33,761 nucleotides of DNA from a candidate division WOR-3 bacterium (lineage in GTDB: Bacteria > Hydrothermota > Tepidihabitantia > Tepidihabitantales > Tepidihabitantaceae), in contig CBFGIT010000028.1 in assembly GCA_965648905.1 (NCBI GenBank), forward strand, positions 1 through 33,761, in the 5' to 3' direction. A program made the translations under genes and the position numbers. Each line of letters starts with the position of its first letter. Within the stretch, counting starts at the first letter, position 1. Shown piece by piece: positions 9,609 through 18,880 of this stretch. The notes under the pieces were generated by a model, which saw only the letters and a list, made by a program, of their open reading frames with translations, did no database searches and had not been told where the DNA came from.

Positions 9609-10037
9609 GTGCCCGACTTCAACCCGCGAATCGTCGGCTTTGCCTGCAACTGGTGCTGCTATGCCGGGGCTGACCTTGCCGGCACCTCACGTCTCAAGTA
9701 CCCGGCCAACCTGCGCATCATCCGGGTCATGTGCTCGGGCCGGATCGACCCGCAGTTCATCCTGAGGGCGTTCAAGGAAGGCGCGGACGGCGTGTTCATC
9801 GGCGGCTGTCACCCCGGTGACTGCCACTACGTCTCCGGCAACTACAAGACCCAGAAGCGTGTTGCGCTACTGCAGAACCTGCTCGAAGGACTAGGGATAG
9901 AGAAAGAGCGGCTGGCACTCGAATGGGTCTCAGCTTCTGAAGGTCAGCGCTTTGCCGATGCGGTTACCGCCTTCACCGAACGCATCCGGGCACTCGGGCC
10001 TCTGGACCCGACCGAGTCGGCACCGGCCCACGGTTGA
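9609..10037 (+). CDS. mvhD: MvhD/FlpD-type [2Fe-2S] protein
   Basis: FACNWCCYAGAD, RVMCSGR, GCHPGDCHY and WVSASEG. Confidence 0.92.
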   Translation: MPDFNPRIVGFACNWCCYAGADLAGTSRLKYPANLRIIRVMCSGRIDPQFILRAFKEGADGVFIGGCHPGDCHYVSGNYKTQKRVALLQNLLEGLGIEKERLALEWVSASEGQRFADAVTAFTERIRALGPLDPTESAPAHG

Positions 10038-10171
10038 GGCAGAGCGTCTTAAATCCGCCGCTTGCCGTACGCGATTCGTGCTTCCGAAACTGGCTGGGTG
10101 CCCCGCTCTCTCTGGCTCGCTCCTGATGGCCTCAGAGACCCAAACGCGCGATTCCAGTCCCTGAACCGGTA

Positions 10172-10678
10172 TCACGCCGGCGGCGGGGCTTCGGCAGGTT
10201 CGGTCTGCGGCGGCTGCGGCTCGGCCCTGGGTCGGAACAGGAGCTCACGAACGAGCAACATCACGATACCGACCACCAAACAGGCATCGGCCACGTTGTA
10301 GGTATACCAGCGGACGTTGCCCACGCCCATGTCAATGAAGTCAAGCACCTGACCGCCGAGCACCAGCCGGTCGACCAGATTCCCCAGTGCACCGCCCAGT
10401 ACGAGTCCGAGTGCTGTCGCCGACCACCGGTCTTTCGCCCTGAGCCCGAGCCAGACCACGGCCATACTGCCGACAACCGGCAGAACAAGATAGAGCAGCC
10501 GCGGCCCGTACCTGAGCCCGAACACACCGTGTTGGTTGCCGGTGCGGACCAGCCTCAGGCAGGTGCCGAGCAGCTCGACCGGGCCGCCCGTGCGCAGCCG
10601 CGTCCGGACAAGATACTTTGAGACCTGGTCGAGCAGCAGTGCCACTCCGGCCCAGATGAAGAACAGCCGTCGTGTCAC
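10172..10678 (-). CDS. lspA: Signal peptidase II
   Basis: DQVSK, NQHGVFG, GGALGNLVDR, VLDFID and YNVADA. Confidence 0.92.
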   Translation of the reverse strand: MTRRLFFIWAGVALLLDQVSKYLVRTRLRTGGPVELLGTCLRLVRTGNQHGVFGLRYGPRLLYLVLPVVGSMAVVWLGLRAKDRWSATALGLVLGGALGNLVDRLVLGGQVLDFIDMGVGNVRWYTYNVADACLVVGIVMLLVRELLFRPRAEPQPPQTEPAEAPPPA

Positions 10679-10734
10679 TGCTCTAGCTTGTCCTCGGAAC
10701 AGGCCGTCGTCAAGACCACAACCGACAGTCCATA

Positions 10735-11412
10735 TCAGGGCCCGGTCTCGGCCGGAGCTGACTTGTCCGGTACAGGCAGGCGCTTGATGTCCTTGTACCG
10801 GAACTGGAACGGAAGCGGAAACCAGACTCTGACCGGCGCGTCGTAGTGCTGAGCCGGAGTGAAACTGCCCTTGAGCGCTGCCTCGCAGGCAGCGGAGTCG
10901 GCTTCTGGATAGCCACAGGATTTCGTCACTCGTGCGGCCAGAACCGAGCCGTCAAAGTCCACCAGCGCCTCAACCCGGCACTCACCGCTGAAGTTGTACT
11001 TCATCAGCTCAACAGGGTAGTCAGCCTGCACGACCTTGACCGGCTTGGGCGGCACCTGAACCTTGAAGAATCCAACGGTATTGTCGAAGTCCCCGAGCAG
11101 AGGAATCACGGCCGGGTTCCAATAGCGGAGCACGGACGGGCTCTCGAACCACACCAGCACTGAGTCGCCGGTGCCGAGAGTCGCGCCCGAGTCCGGCTTC
11201 TGACTGACGACGTAGAAGTCGGTCGAACCGGCTGTGTCTGTGTTCACTCTCACAAAAGCGGCACGCAGACCAAGTCGACGCAGGGTCCGATGCGCCTGAT
11301 AGACGCTCAGGCCGGAAAGCCTCGGCACAAGCATGCCTGCCTCAGGCAGTCCCTCAGCGCCGGCCAGCACAAACGAGGCGACGAGCGCGTACACGAAAAG
11401 ACGATACCTCAC
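10735..11412 (-). CDS. Exported PASTA domain + TonB C-terminal domain protein
   Basis: Signal peptide; VPRLSGLS...LRRLGL...VVSQKPDSG (PASTA); YP...GECRVEALVDFDGSV...SCGYPEADSAA...FTPA (TonB_C). Confidence 0.8.
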   Translation of the reverse strand: MRYRLFVYALVASFVLAGAEGLPEAGMLVPRLSGLSVYQAHRTLRRLGLRAAFVRVNTDTAGSTDFYVVSQKPDSGATLGTGDSVLVWFESPSVLRYWNPAVIPLLGDFDNTVGFFKVQVPPKPVKVVQADYPVELMKYNFSGECRVEALVDFDGSVLAARVTKSCGYPEADSAACEAALKGSFTPAQHYDAPVRVWFPLPFQFRYKDIKRLPVPDKSAPAETGP

Positions 11413-11417
11413 ATATC

Positions 11418-11446
11418 AGACTAACCCCGCACCGAAGCTCTGTCAA
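11418..11446 (-). promoter_or_regulatory. sigma70-type promoter, probably leaderless, for PASTA-TonB/lspA
   Basis: TTGACA-17 bp-TAGTCT, 5 nt before GTG 11412. Confidence 0.55.
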
Positions 11447-11451
11447 CCAGA

Positions 11452-11481
11452 GCAGGGCGCTCAGGAATCCGAGCGCCCTGC
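11452..11481 (-). terminator. GC-rich hairpin, probable terminator downstream of 11504-13276
   Basis: Perfect 11-bp stem GCAGGGCGCTC/GAGCGCCCTGC; weak U tract. Confidence 0.55.
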
Positions 11482-11503
11482 AAGACCAAAGTCCGTCGTC
11501 GCG

Positions 11504-13276
11504 CTAGCGGGTCAGAGTCAGCTTGCCGGTGACGCGCTTGGTGTCGAGCGTGTACCGGTACAGGTAGACCCCGGCCGGGACTTCCCTGCCGTTGTCTGCC
11601 CTGCCGTCCCAGACCGCGGTGTAGCGGCCCGGCTCGCACCGGCGGCTGACCAAAGTCTTCACCGGCCGACCGGTGGCATCAAACACAACCAACTCAGCAT
11701 GTCCGGACCACGGCACAGCGTAGCTCAGGTGCGCAGCGCGGTTGAACGGATTCGGAGTCGCGTTCACCGAGACCTTGCGCGGCACGACCTGCCTTGATGC
11801 GACACCGCCGGATACGTACGGGTTCTGCCACTTTCGGACGAGAATCGGGTTGGGCGTGGCCGGCCCTTCGTTGTATAGGAAGAAACCGGTCGCAAAGTCG
11901 CACAGATACGACACCATCACCGTGTCGGTGATAACGTCGAGCATGCACGGGAACCGATAGGTGTTGGTATCGGTATCGGTTATCTTCTCCGCCGGGGCCC
12001 AAGTCTGGCCATTGTCCGAGGAGTGCGAATACCATATCTCCGCCCGCAGCCTCGCAACCGGGACCGGCGTGTGATTCACGCAGTCAAACTCCTCCCAGGC
12101 CACGAACAGGTTGCCCATCGTGTCCTGACCAAGCGAAGGCCGGCATGCTTGAATCGCGTTGTATCCGATTGGAGCAGCAATCGTCTCCGGGTCTGGAGTA
12201 CGATGGATCAGGTCCCAGGTGTGGGGGTTCGCCTCGCACCAGTGCCACAGCTCAACCGGCAGCCAATGGTTTGTATCGTTGACCACCGGCTCGACCGCAG
12301 CCGCGATGTGCAACTGGTTGTCCATGTCATACATCGGGTACAGCGAGGTAATGTGGAAGGAAGGCACGGTCTCCGACCCCGGAGTGTAGGTCGAAGGCAG
12401 GGGCAGCTCGGTTGACAGACCCCAGTTGTCACCGCCATCGGTCGAGATCCGATAGTAACCCGGCTTGACACCATAGCCGTCCGGCGAATTGACCCAGGTG
12501 ATGCAGACATCGGCCCGACCCGACACCTGGGAAACCGCGATATTGTGGTCCGGGAACATCGGCTCCGGCGCCTGACCCGGCACGCTGACCTCAGGGTCCC
12601 AGTTGCACCACGAAGTGGCGCGGCTGTAGAAAAGGTTGTCCTGGCTCGTGTAGTCAATCATCCCCATCTGGTAGTAGCCGTTGGAACCAACCCGAACTGC
12701 GGGCCACGCGTTGTCGTCAATTGTCGGTTCACCCGGGCAGTATTCGAAAATGCCAGCACCAGATGCAACATCGCGGGCGACAACCGGTGCGAGTGAGCCG
12801 GTCGAGTGGTGAGCCGAGACTACCGCCACACCGGTATTCGGGTCGGCTTCGAGATTGCCAAACCCGGTCCGGTCCGAGAAAACACCGACTCCAGACTGCA
12901 TGTAGTCCGGGTCAATCCAGTTCCATGCCCGGGTGCTGTAGTCGTAGAAGTTGTAACGCATGTTCCGGTCCGGGAAAGACGTTCCCTGAGTCTCGACCGA
13001 GTGCATCCACACGACGTGCACACCCGCGCCCGGCGTGTTACTGATGAGCTTCAGGGCCGGGCCGTTGGCCTGCCAGTCATAGGTCGTACCACCGACCGTG
13101 TCAACCAGGCCCAGGGCAAACCGGCCAGCCTGACCCGGACCGGACTGCCCGATCGCCGGTCGAGTCGGAGGCCCGGCCTGAACTGGCCCTTCTGCCGGAA
13201 CTACGGTTGTTGGCTCCAGGCTTACTGCCAGCAGTAGTGCCGGTATCAGCAGCCCAAGGCACACGAGAGTACGCAT
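11504..13276 (-). CDS. Secreted Asp-box (BNR) repeat protein with FlgD-Ig/T9SS-like C-terminal domain
   Basis: Signal peptide; STDGGDNW and SSDNGQTW; C-terminal PNPFN...VFDATGRPV...WDGRADNG...GVYLYR...KLTLTR. Confidence 0.8.
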   Translation of the reverse strand: MRTLVCLGLLIPALLLAVSLEPTTVVPAEGPVQAGPPTRPAIGQSGPGQAGRFALGLVDTVGGTTYDWQANGPALKLISNTPGAGVHVVWMHSVETQGTSFPDRNMRYNFYDYSTRAWNWIDPDYMQSGVGVFSDRTGFGNLEADPNTGVAVVSAHHSTGSLAPVVARDVASGAGIFEYCPGEPTIDDNAWPAVRVGSNGYYQMGMIDYTSQDNLFYSRATSWCNWDPEVSVPGQAPEPMFPDHNIAVSQVSGRADVCITWVNSPDGYGVKPGYYRISTDGGDNWGLSTELPLPSTYTPGSETVPSFHITSLYPMYDMDNQLHIAAAVEPVVNDTNHWLPVELWHWCEANPHTWDLIHRTPDPETIAAPIGYNAIQACRPSLGQDTMGNLFVAWEEFDCVNHTPVPVARLRAEIWYSHSSDNGQTWAPAEKITDTDTNTYRFPCMLDVITDTVMVSYLCDFATGFFLYNEGPATPNPILVRKWQNPYVSGGVASRQVVPRKVSVNATPNPFNRAAHLSYAVPWSGHAELVVFDATGRPVKTLVSRRCEPGRYTAVWDGRADNGREVPAGVYLYRYTLDTKRVTGKLTLTR

Positions 13277-13338
13277 CTGCTTCCTCCTGGGTTTAGCTTA
13301 GAGTACCTTACCGGACAGACACAAGCCTGCCCGGTAAT

Positions 13339-13366
13339 ATAGTAGCCTGTTTGCGTGCCGGGTCAA
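13339..13366 (-). promoter_or_regulatory. sigma70-type promoter
   Basis: TTGACC-16 bp-TACTAT. Confidence 0.55.
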
Positions 13367-13376
13367 TCCCGAATCT

Positions 13377-16300
13377 TCAGCGAGTGCACACGAGCTTTGC
13401 ACCCACAACGCTGCCCTCGGCCTCCAGCCGAACTAGATAGACGCCTGCGCCGACCCGGTGACCGCAGTCCGAAAGCCCGTCCCAGCTCAAGTTGTACGAC
13501 CCGGGGCCGACCAGCCGGTCACCCGAATCAAAGATGCGACGTACCAGGCGCCCGGACGCATCGAACACCAGGACCCGCGCCGACCCGGCCTGCGCGAGCC
13601 GGAAAGAGAAAGCGGCGCGGCCGGTGCACCATGGATTGGGGCTGACCGAAAGCGGCGCGGCCCGAACTGAGCTCACACCCGCCTCAGCGACACCTCGGTA
13701 GACGTCGGTCGTGAACTTGATTGCCCGGCCCGGCACAATCGGGGCCGCGGCACGGTGGTAAGCGCTGTTGTACAGCACCTGAATGCCGATTTGGCAGGTC
13801 GGGTCCTGTGCACCCACAGTCGACGAAGTCATCGCCTGCGCGGTCTTGTACTGAAGGATAAACACATTGTTGCCTGTACCTGAGGCCATGGTCGTGTCGT
13901 AGATGATGACCTGGTTCTTCTCAAAGACCGTACGCGGGTTGTAGTATGGAACCGAATCCCACTCAACGATGAAGCGATGATTGGCTGCGTCGTGGTAGTA
14001 CCAGACGCCGCCGCCGGTCGGCGGGTACAGGTCGTCCCAGTTCACCGCTATGAGCATCGGCGCAGTAGGATCAGGCAGCCCGGTGTTGTTGTAGGACGAA
14101 TTCGTGGTCGAGCCGGGCGCGACCCAGCCGTTACCGCAAATTGACACTTGGGTAAAACGTTGGTCGTAAAAGATGAACGGTCCGAACGCTGGGGGCAGGT
14201 CGATGACCACGGTCTGGTCGTCGCTCAAGGAGAGACGCGTACCCAGGCCCCGGATTTCGACCCAGTCGTACTGTGGGTGCTGCTCGTACATCGAATCGAC
14301 GTCGTCGTAGGCCCAGTAGAGCTCGGGTCGGCGCGGACCATCCGGAATTGGGTCGGTCGCGGTGAGCTCACCCACGGTGACGGTAAATTCGCAACTGTCC
14401 GCATATCCGGTCCCGACCAGCCGGAGTTTCATTCGTGCCGTGTACTCGCGCGGGCAGTTCAGCCGTGCCCTGACCCGGAACTTGTCGGTCCAGCAGTAAC
14501 GGACCGAGTCCGGCTCAAGCGTGCCGAACGCGCCGGTAGAATCAACGACCTGAACCATTGTGTCCGGTGTCTGCAGTCGGGCCTCAAGATCGGCAACCGG
14601 GAGGCGGCCGATGTTGCGCAGAGCCACGACCAGCCCTGCGGTTTCGCCCGGGTCGAGCTTGCCGTCGCCATTACCACCAGGTGGCGAGTCCTGTACGATC
14701 TTCCCATGGAACACGACCGCAGCCGCATTGGCAGTCACCGCTTCAATTGCATCCAGGTCAAAGCCCGCGGTCGCACCCGAGGTCGCGCCTGAGTCATCCA
14801 CTACTTTGACGTACCGGCAGGTCGGCACTCCGCCCTGGCCCAGGTCGAAGCTTGCGCTGCCCGTGTCCCAGCCGAGCGAGGTCCACGGCCCGGCCCAGTC
14901 GTTGGCGACCTCGATGCGATACCCTTCCGGGTCTGCATCGTCTTCGTAAACCGTGAAGTCATTGCCCGGCAGGTTGAAAATCTGACGACCGAAGTCAAAT
15001 ATCGCCATACCACCCCGGCCCAGAGAGAAACGCCGGCCATCACGGAGACCAAGCGCCAGGTCCGGAGTTGAGGAAATCGCGATGTCACTCACGCCCCGGC
15101 CGGCAATGAACTGATGCAACGAGACCGGCCGGGTCGTGTCCGGCGCAAGCCGCACGTTGACATAGGAGACGGTGTCCGCAGTCACAACGATGTTCGGCAC
15201 GGTCTTGGCAGCGTAACCGTTGGCCTCAACGACAAGGCTGTAGGTTCCGGGCCGTAAGTAGCGGTGGAAATCGCCGATCGAGTCGCAGTAGCTCGGGAAA
15301 TCAATCGGCATGGGCTTGACTCGGGCCCGAATCGGCACCCCGGTCAAAGAATCGGTCACGATGCCCCGGATTCCCCGGTCAATGTTGGCCAAAAGCATCT
15401 TCATCGCGGTGTGCTCGCGGGCCGTAATCTGCGCCAAAGATTCGACCGGCGGTGTCTTGTAGATGCACGTCTCGATCGTCCAACTGATAGCACCGAGCGC
15501 GCCGTAGGCCCAGTCCTTGGACGCACCGTTTATCTGATACATACCACGGTAGCCCGGTGCATTAGGGTAGCCGGTGATGTTATGGTACTGACCGCCCAGG
15601 TACCAGAACTCCATCGAGTCACGCGTGCCATATGGCGTATAACTCCACGGCGTGGAGATGAAGTAAGTGCCGCCGTGGCCCGATGACCAGTAGTTGAACG
15701 CATTGCGCTGAGCCAGACGGGCATGGGCCCTGGTTTCAGGTTGGGTGAACGGCTCGCGGGCTGAGGTTTCGTAGTACCACATGAAACCGTAGTCGCGGTT
15801 GCAATCGTAGCCGTTGCGGTTTGACCTCGTGCCGACGATGTGGCCGTACGGGTTGGTCGGGCACTGGACCCAGATTTCGCGCGTGTTCACCCAGTAGGTC
15901 ACGTCCGGGTCAACGCCGTAATTGCGAATCAGCCAGGCCGCCCATTCGAATATCGGCTCGGTCGCGCACTTCTCGTCGCCGTGGATTGCCGCCTCGAACA
16001 TCAGCTCCGGCTCGTCTTCCTCGATGTCCGGGTTATCGGTTATCTTCAAAGCAAAGAGCAGACTGTCGTTGGAAGCATAACCCAGGGTTTCGAACTTGAC
16101 GAACCCCGGGTTGTTCGCAGCCATCAGCATGAACGTATCGCGTATCTCGGTGTAGGTATGGAAACGGTAATCCCGGGCATTCTCCTCGTAGAACGTGTAA
16201 ATGTCGGGTTTGACCATCTCCACCCGGAAGCCAGACGCAGCCAGCTCGTCGACGCGTGGTGCCGGCACTTCGACCAGGAACCAGCCGTCCTGGTCCGGGC

Positions 16301-16445
16301 CGTTGACAACACAGCCGGCCTGCTCAAGATACTCGATGTCGTCGCGCGTCCGGACATCAACCTTCACCAGGTCATAGCGCCCCGCAGCCGGCACCGAGGT
16401 GGCCGATAGCAGAAGCACAACGATAACGCAACAGCGGGCTTTCAT
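13377..16445 (-). CDS. Secreted M14 zinc carboxypeptidase, multidomain, with FlgD-Ig/T9SS-like C-terminal domain
   Basis: Signal peptide; HGDE (HxxE), RSNRNGYDCNRDY, SGHGG and catalytic Glu in TIET; GIRGIVTD carboxypeptidase-regulatory-like domain; C-terminal PNP...FDASGRLV...WDG...GVYLVRL...KLVCTR. Confidence 0.88.
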   Translation of the reverse strand: MKARCCVIVVLLLSATSVPAAGRYDLVKVDVRTRDDIEYLEQAGCVVNGPDQDGWFLVEVPAPRVDELAASGFRVEMVKPDIYTFYEENARDYRFHTYTEIRDTFMLMAANNPGFVKFETLGYASNDSLLFALKITDNPDIEEDEPELMFEAAIHGDEKCATEPIFEWAAWLIRNYGVDPDVTYWVNTREIWVQCPTNPYGHIVGTRSNRNGYDCNRDYGFMWYYETSAREPFTQPETRAHARLAQRNAFNYWSSGHGGTYFISTPWSYTPYGTRDSMEFWYLGGQYHNITGYPNAPGYRGMYQINGASKDWAYGALGAISWTIETCIYKTPPVESLAQITAREHTAMKMLLANIDRGIRGIVTDSLTGVPIRARVKPMPIDFPSYCDSIGDFHRYLRPGTYSLVVEANGYAAKTVPNIVVTADTVSYVNVRLAPDTTRPVSLHQFIAGRGVSDIAISSTPDLALGLRDGRRFSLGRGGMAIFDFGRQIFNLPGNDFTVYEDDADPEGYRIEVANDWAGPWTSLGWDTGSASFDLGQGGVPTCRYVKVVDDSGATSGATAGFDLDAIEAVTANAAAVVFHGKIVQDSPPGGNGDGKLDPGETAGLVVALRNIGRLPVADLEARLQTPDTMVQVVDSTGAFGTLEPDSVRYCWTDKFRVRARLNCPREYTARMKLRLVGTGYADSCEFTVTVGELTATDPIPDGPRRPELYWAYDDVDSMYEQHPQYDWVEIRGLGTRLSLSDDQTVVIDLPPAFGPFIFYDQRFTQVSICGNGWVAPGSTTNSSYNNTGLPDPTAPMLIAVNWDDLYPPTGGGVWYYHDAANHRFIVEWDSVPYYNPRTVFEKNQVIIYDTTMASGTGNNVFILQYKTAQAMTSSTVGAQDPTCQIGIQVLYNSAYHRAAAPIVPGRAIKFTTDVYRGVAEAGVSSVRAAPLSVSPNPWCTGRAAFSFRLAQAGSARVLVFDASGRLVRRIFDSGDRLVGPGSYNLSWDGLSDCGHRVGAGVYLVRLEAEGSVVGAKLVCTR

Positions 16446-16480
16446 AGTTCTCCTTTGGGTGACAGCGATTCCAGTGACCG

Positions 16481-16508
16481 ATTATAGCCCCGGCCCGGTC
16501 AAGATCAA
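16481..16508 (-). promoter_or_regulatory. sigma70-type promoter for the M14 peptidase
   Basis: TTGATC-16 bp-TATAAT. Confidence 0.6.
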
Positions 16509-16584
16509 ACAGCCGGCAGACTGCATGGAGCCAACCACATGGACCAAAGAGAGGGAACTGAGAACAGTAGATAGAGGAGCACGA

Positions 16585-16668
16585 AGACTGAACGGAGTTA
16601 ACCTGCTGAAGGGATACCCGGAGATCAGCATCAGAACCCCTGAGGAGGTTATTCGTCATGAGGATTGA
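16585..16668 (+). pseudogene. C-terminal remnant of a PIN-domain (VapC-like) toxin
   Basis: RLNGVNLLKGYPEISIRTPEEVIRHED resembles the C-terminus of PIN-family proteins; no matching N-terminal part upstream. Confidence 0.55.
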
Positions 16669-16861
16669 TGGCCTGGATTGGATGGACTGGCTGCACAAGC
16701 TGCGTGAGCGACGCGAGAAGGAACGTCAAGAGCAAGGCATCAACGAAGACGAATGGCTGGGCCAGTCCTCTGCGCGCGCCGAAGAGTTCAAGCGAAGCTT
16801 CCACCAGAGGGAGCTACCCGCCCTCGCCCGCGACCGCAAGGCGGACACGGACCAGGAGTAG
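16658..16861 (+). CDS. Small charged protein, putative antitoxin partner
   Basis: GAGGAGG RBS; overlaps the end of the PIN remnant; 67 aa, helical and charged. Confidence 0.6.
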   Translation: MRIDGLDWMDWLHKLRERREKERQEQGINEDEWLGQSSARAEEFKRSFHQRELPALARDRKADTDQE

Positions 16862-16936
16862 GAAAGGAACTACCAGCCCAGTTCCGGCGAGGAAATGGGT
16901 GGCTGTCCCGCGCCCTCCGGGGATCCGCGTGAACTT

Positions 16937-17458
16937 CTAGTCCTCCCTGACGATCTCGATCTCTCTCACATAGACGGTCTTCGATCCGGGCCATATGACG
17001 AACTGAATCCCAAAAGGGTCACCTGCAGAGAACAGCGGCATCCAGATCGGCATATCCACACTGTAGCTGCCAGCGGCCTCAGGTGATACGGTCACATGCT
17101 GTACGTGTCCCGCTCTGACGGCTGGACCGAGTTTGAGATTGAAGTGACTGTTGTTCATCAATGCGGTCTGGAGGCTGAATCTCACGTAGATGCGGTCGCC
17201 GAACTGCAGATCGCAGGGCAACGGTCTCCAGAAGTCGAGTTCCCCCCCTGCACCGGAAACGCTGAGCTTGGCAGAACCGCCAAACTTGTCCGACCACAAC
17301 GCCGAACCACTTCCGGCATCTGCGTCCATCACATCGTGCCACTTGCGGCTGGTCCTCCAGCCCACCATGTCTTCGGCGCTGCCAAAGGTGTACGTGGCTA
17401 TCACTTTAGCTTGAACTCCTCCCACAACAAGCAGGAGCACTGCTAAGACTCGCTGCAC
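16937..17458 (-). CDS. Hypothetical secreted protein (about 173 aa)
   Basis: GGAGG RBS then GTG 17458; signal peptide VQRVLAVLLLVVGGVQA; beta-rich mature part. Confidence 0.65.
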   Translation of the reverse strand: MQRVLAVLLLVVGGVQAKVIATYTFGSAEDMVGWRTSRKWHDVMDADAGSGSALWSDKFGGSAKLSVSGAGGELDFWRPLPCDLQFGDRIYVRFSLQTALMNNSHFNLKLGPAVRAGHVQHVTVSPEAAGSYSVDMPIWMPLFSAGDPFGIQFVIWPGSKTVYVREIEIVRED

Positions 17459-17642
17459 GGGACCTCCCCGGTTGTCGCCGCCTTGCATCCGAAGACAGCC
17501 GATGTTACCTTCGACGCGGATGCCGCCGTTTGCAGGGACTTGGTTTGGCCGTCGTTCGCTGCCCTGCCGGGCGAATGGCGGATGACAGGCGCCCCGCGTA
17601 CACGGGCAGCGCCGGTCGAATCGTAGGTTGTTAGATTTGGAT

Positions 17643-17691
<49 letters not shown>

Positions 17692-17941
17692 ACAATCGGC
17701 GTGCCGGTGGCACGCGCTACGCTTGAGGCGACACTCATCATGCAGAAGGGCAGACAGCGGGTTGGTTGTGAACCGGGACTGGCAGGACTGCAACCAATCG
17801 ACTCAGACTCAACCAACATAGACTGACTTGATGTACCAGAACGCGGCGAAAAGTCAAGAACGGCTTGCGGCCGCAACCCGAAATCCGAATGACGATTCAG
17901 GCCCGAAGCACGAGAGGACGTGCTCGACGTCACGTAATGCA

Positions 17942-18832
17942 TCAAGCGTGTTCCTGGTCGAACTCTCCCCTGCCGACAACGACCACCTTGCCGCCGACGC
18001 GCACGAGAATCTGCCCGGCCGTCTCCTTAGCTTCCAGTTCCAACCGCGACGGCCGCTTCAGCTCAATCCCCTGCTCAGTGCTGATGCAGAAGTCCGAGCC
18101 GCCCAGGTAGCGATGGCGCGACAGCCACGCGCAGAGACAGCCGTTGGCACTGCCTGTGGCCGGGTCTTCAGGCACGTCGTAGAAGTCGCAGAAGACCCGC
18201 ACGTGCAGACGGCACTGCGGGTCAACCGTCTCCGGGCAGAAAGCCAGCACCGCCTTGGCATCGATGCTGTCCGTGAGTCGATCGTACTCGGTGCGGTTGA
18301 CCTTGATTCCCTGCACCGCGCCGAGCTTCTTCACCGGCACGATAAGAAAGCAGAGCCCAGTCGAGACTTCCTGAACCGGGTACCGGTTGTCGATGTCGTC
18401 GGCCGCGAGCCCGAGCACTGCTGCCGCATCGCCCGGCGCGACTGTCCTGCCGAAGACCGGCGGCACCTGGGTCATCATCAGCCGTTCGCCGTCCTGTTCG
18501 ACCGCGACCGGGACCACGCCGACCTTGAGGTCGAGCTTGACCTCGTCCGACTTGCGAAGCAGGAACCGGTCCCAGATGACGTAGGCCGTGCCGAGCGTCG
18601 GGTGACCGGCAAACGGTACCTCGCGCGCGGGCGTGAAGATCCGCACCGGCCAGCCGCGCTCGTTCGGTCGGTCTGAGAGGATGAGCGTTGTTTCACTGAA
18701 GTGAATCTCGCGTGCAAGGGTCTGCATTGCCTCGTCGCTCAACCCGGCCGCATCGGGAAAGACGGCAAGCTGGTTGCCTTCGAACTGCCGCCGGGCAAAC
18801 ACGTCGAGGATGATGAACCGGTGTGTCGTCAC
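17942..18832 (-). CDS. PhzF-family isomerase/epimerase
   Basis: DVF...GNQLAV, FSET, RIFTPAREVPFAGHPTLG, STG, EDPATGSANG and EQG...RPS. Confidence 0.92.
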   Translation of the reverse strand: MTTHRFIILDVFARRQFEGNQLAVFPDAAGLSDEAMQTLAREIHFSETTLILSDRPNERGWPVRIFTPAREVPFAGHPTLGTAYVIWDRFLLRKSDEVKLDLKVGVVPVAVEQDGERLMMTQVPPVFGRTVAPGDAAAVLGLAADDIDNRYPVQEVSTGLCFLIVPVKKLGAVQGIKVNRTEYDRLTDSIDAKAVLAFCPETVDPQCRLHVRVFCDFYDVPEDPATGSANGCLCAWLSRHRYLGGSDFCISTEQGIELKRPSRLELEAKETAGQILVRVGGKVVVVGRGEFDQEHA

Positions 18833-18880
18833 GCTCAATCGTAGACCGCGCACGCGGTCTGGTCAAACGCGGCCCGATCT

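Noticed and set aside
7584..10037. Selenocysteine or stop-codon recoding in HdrA/MvhD
   Set aside because: All expected ligand positions are Cys codons and there are no in-frame TGA interruptions
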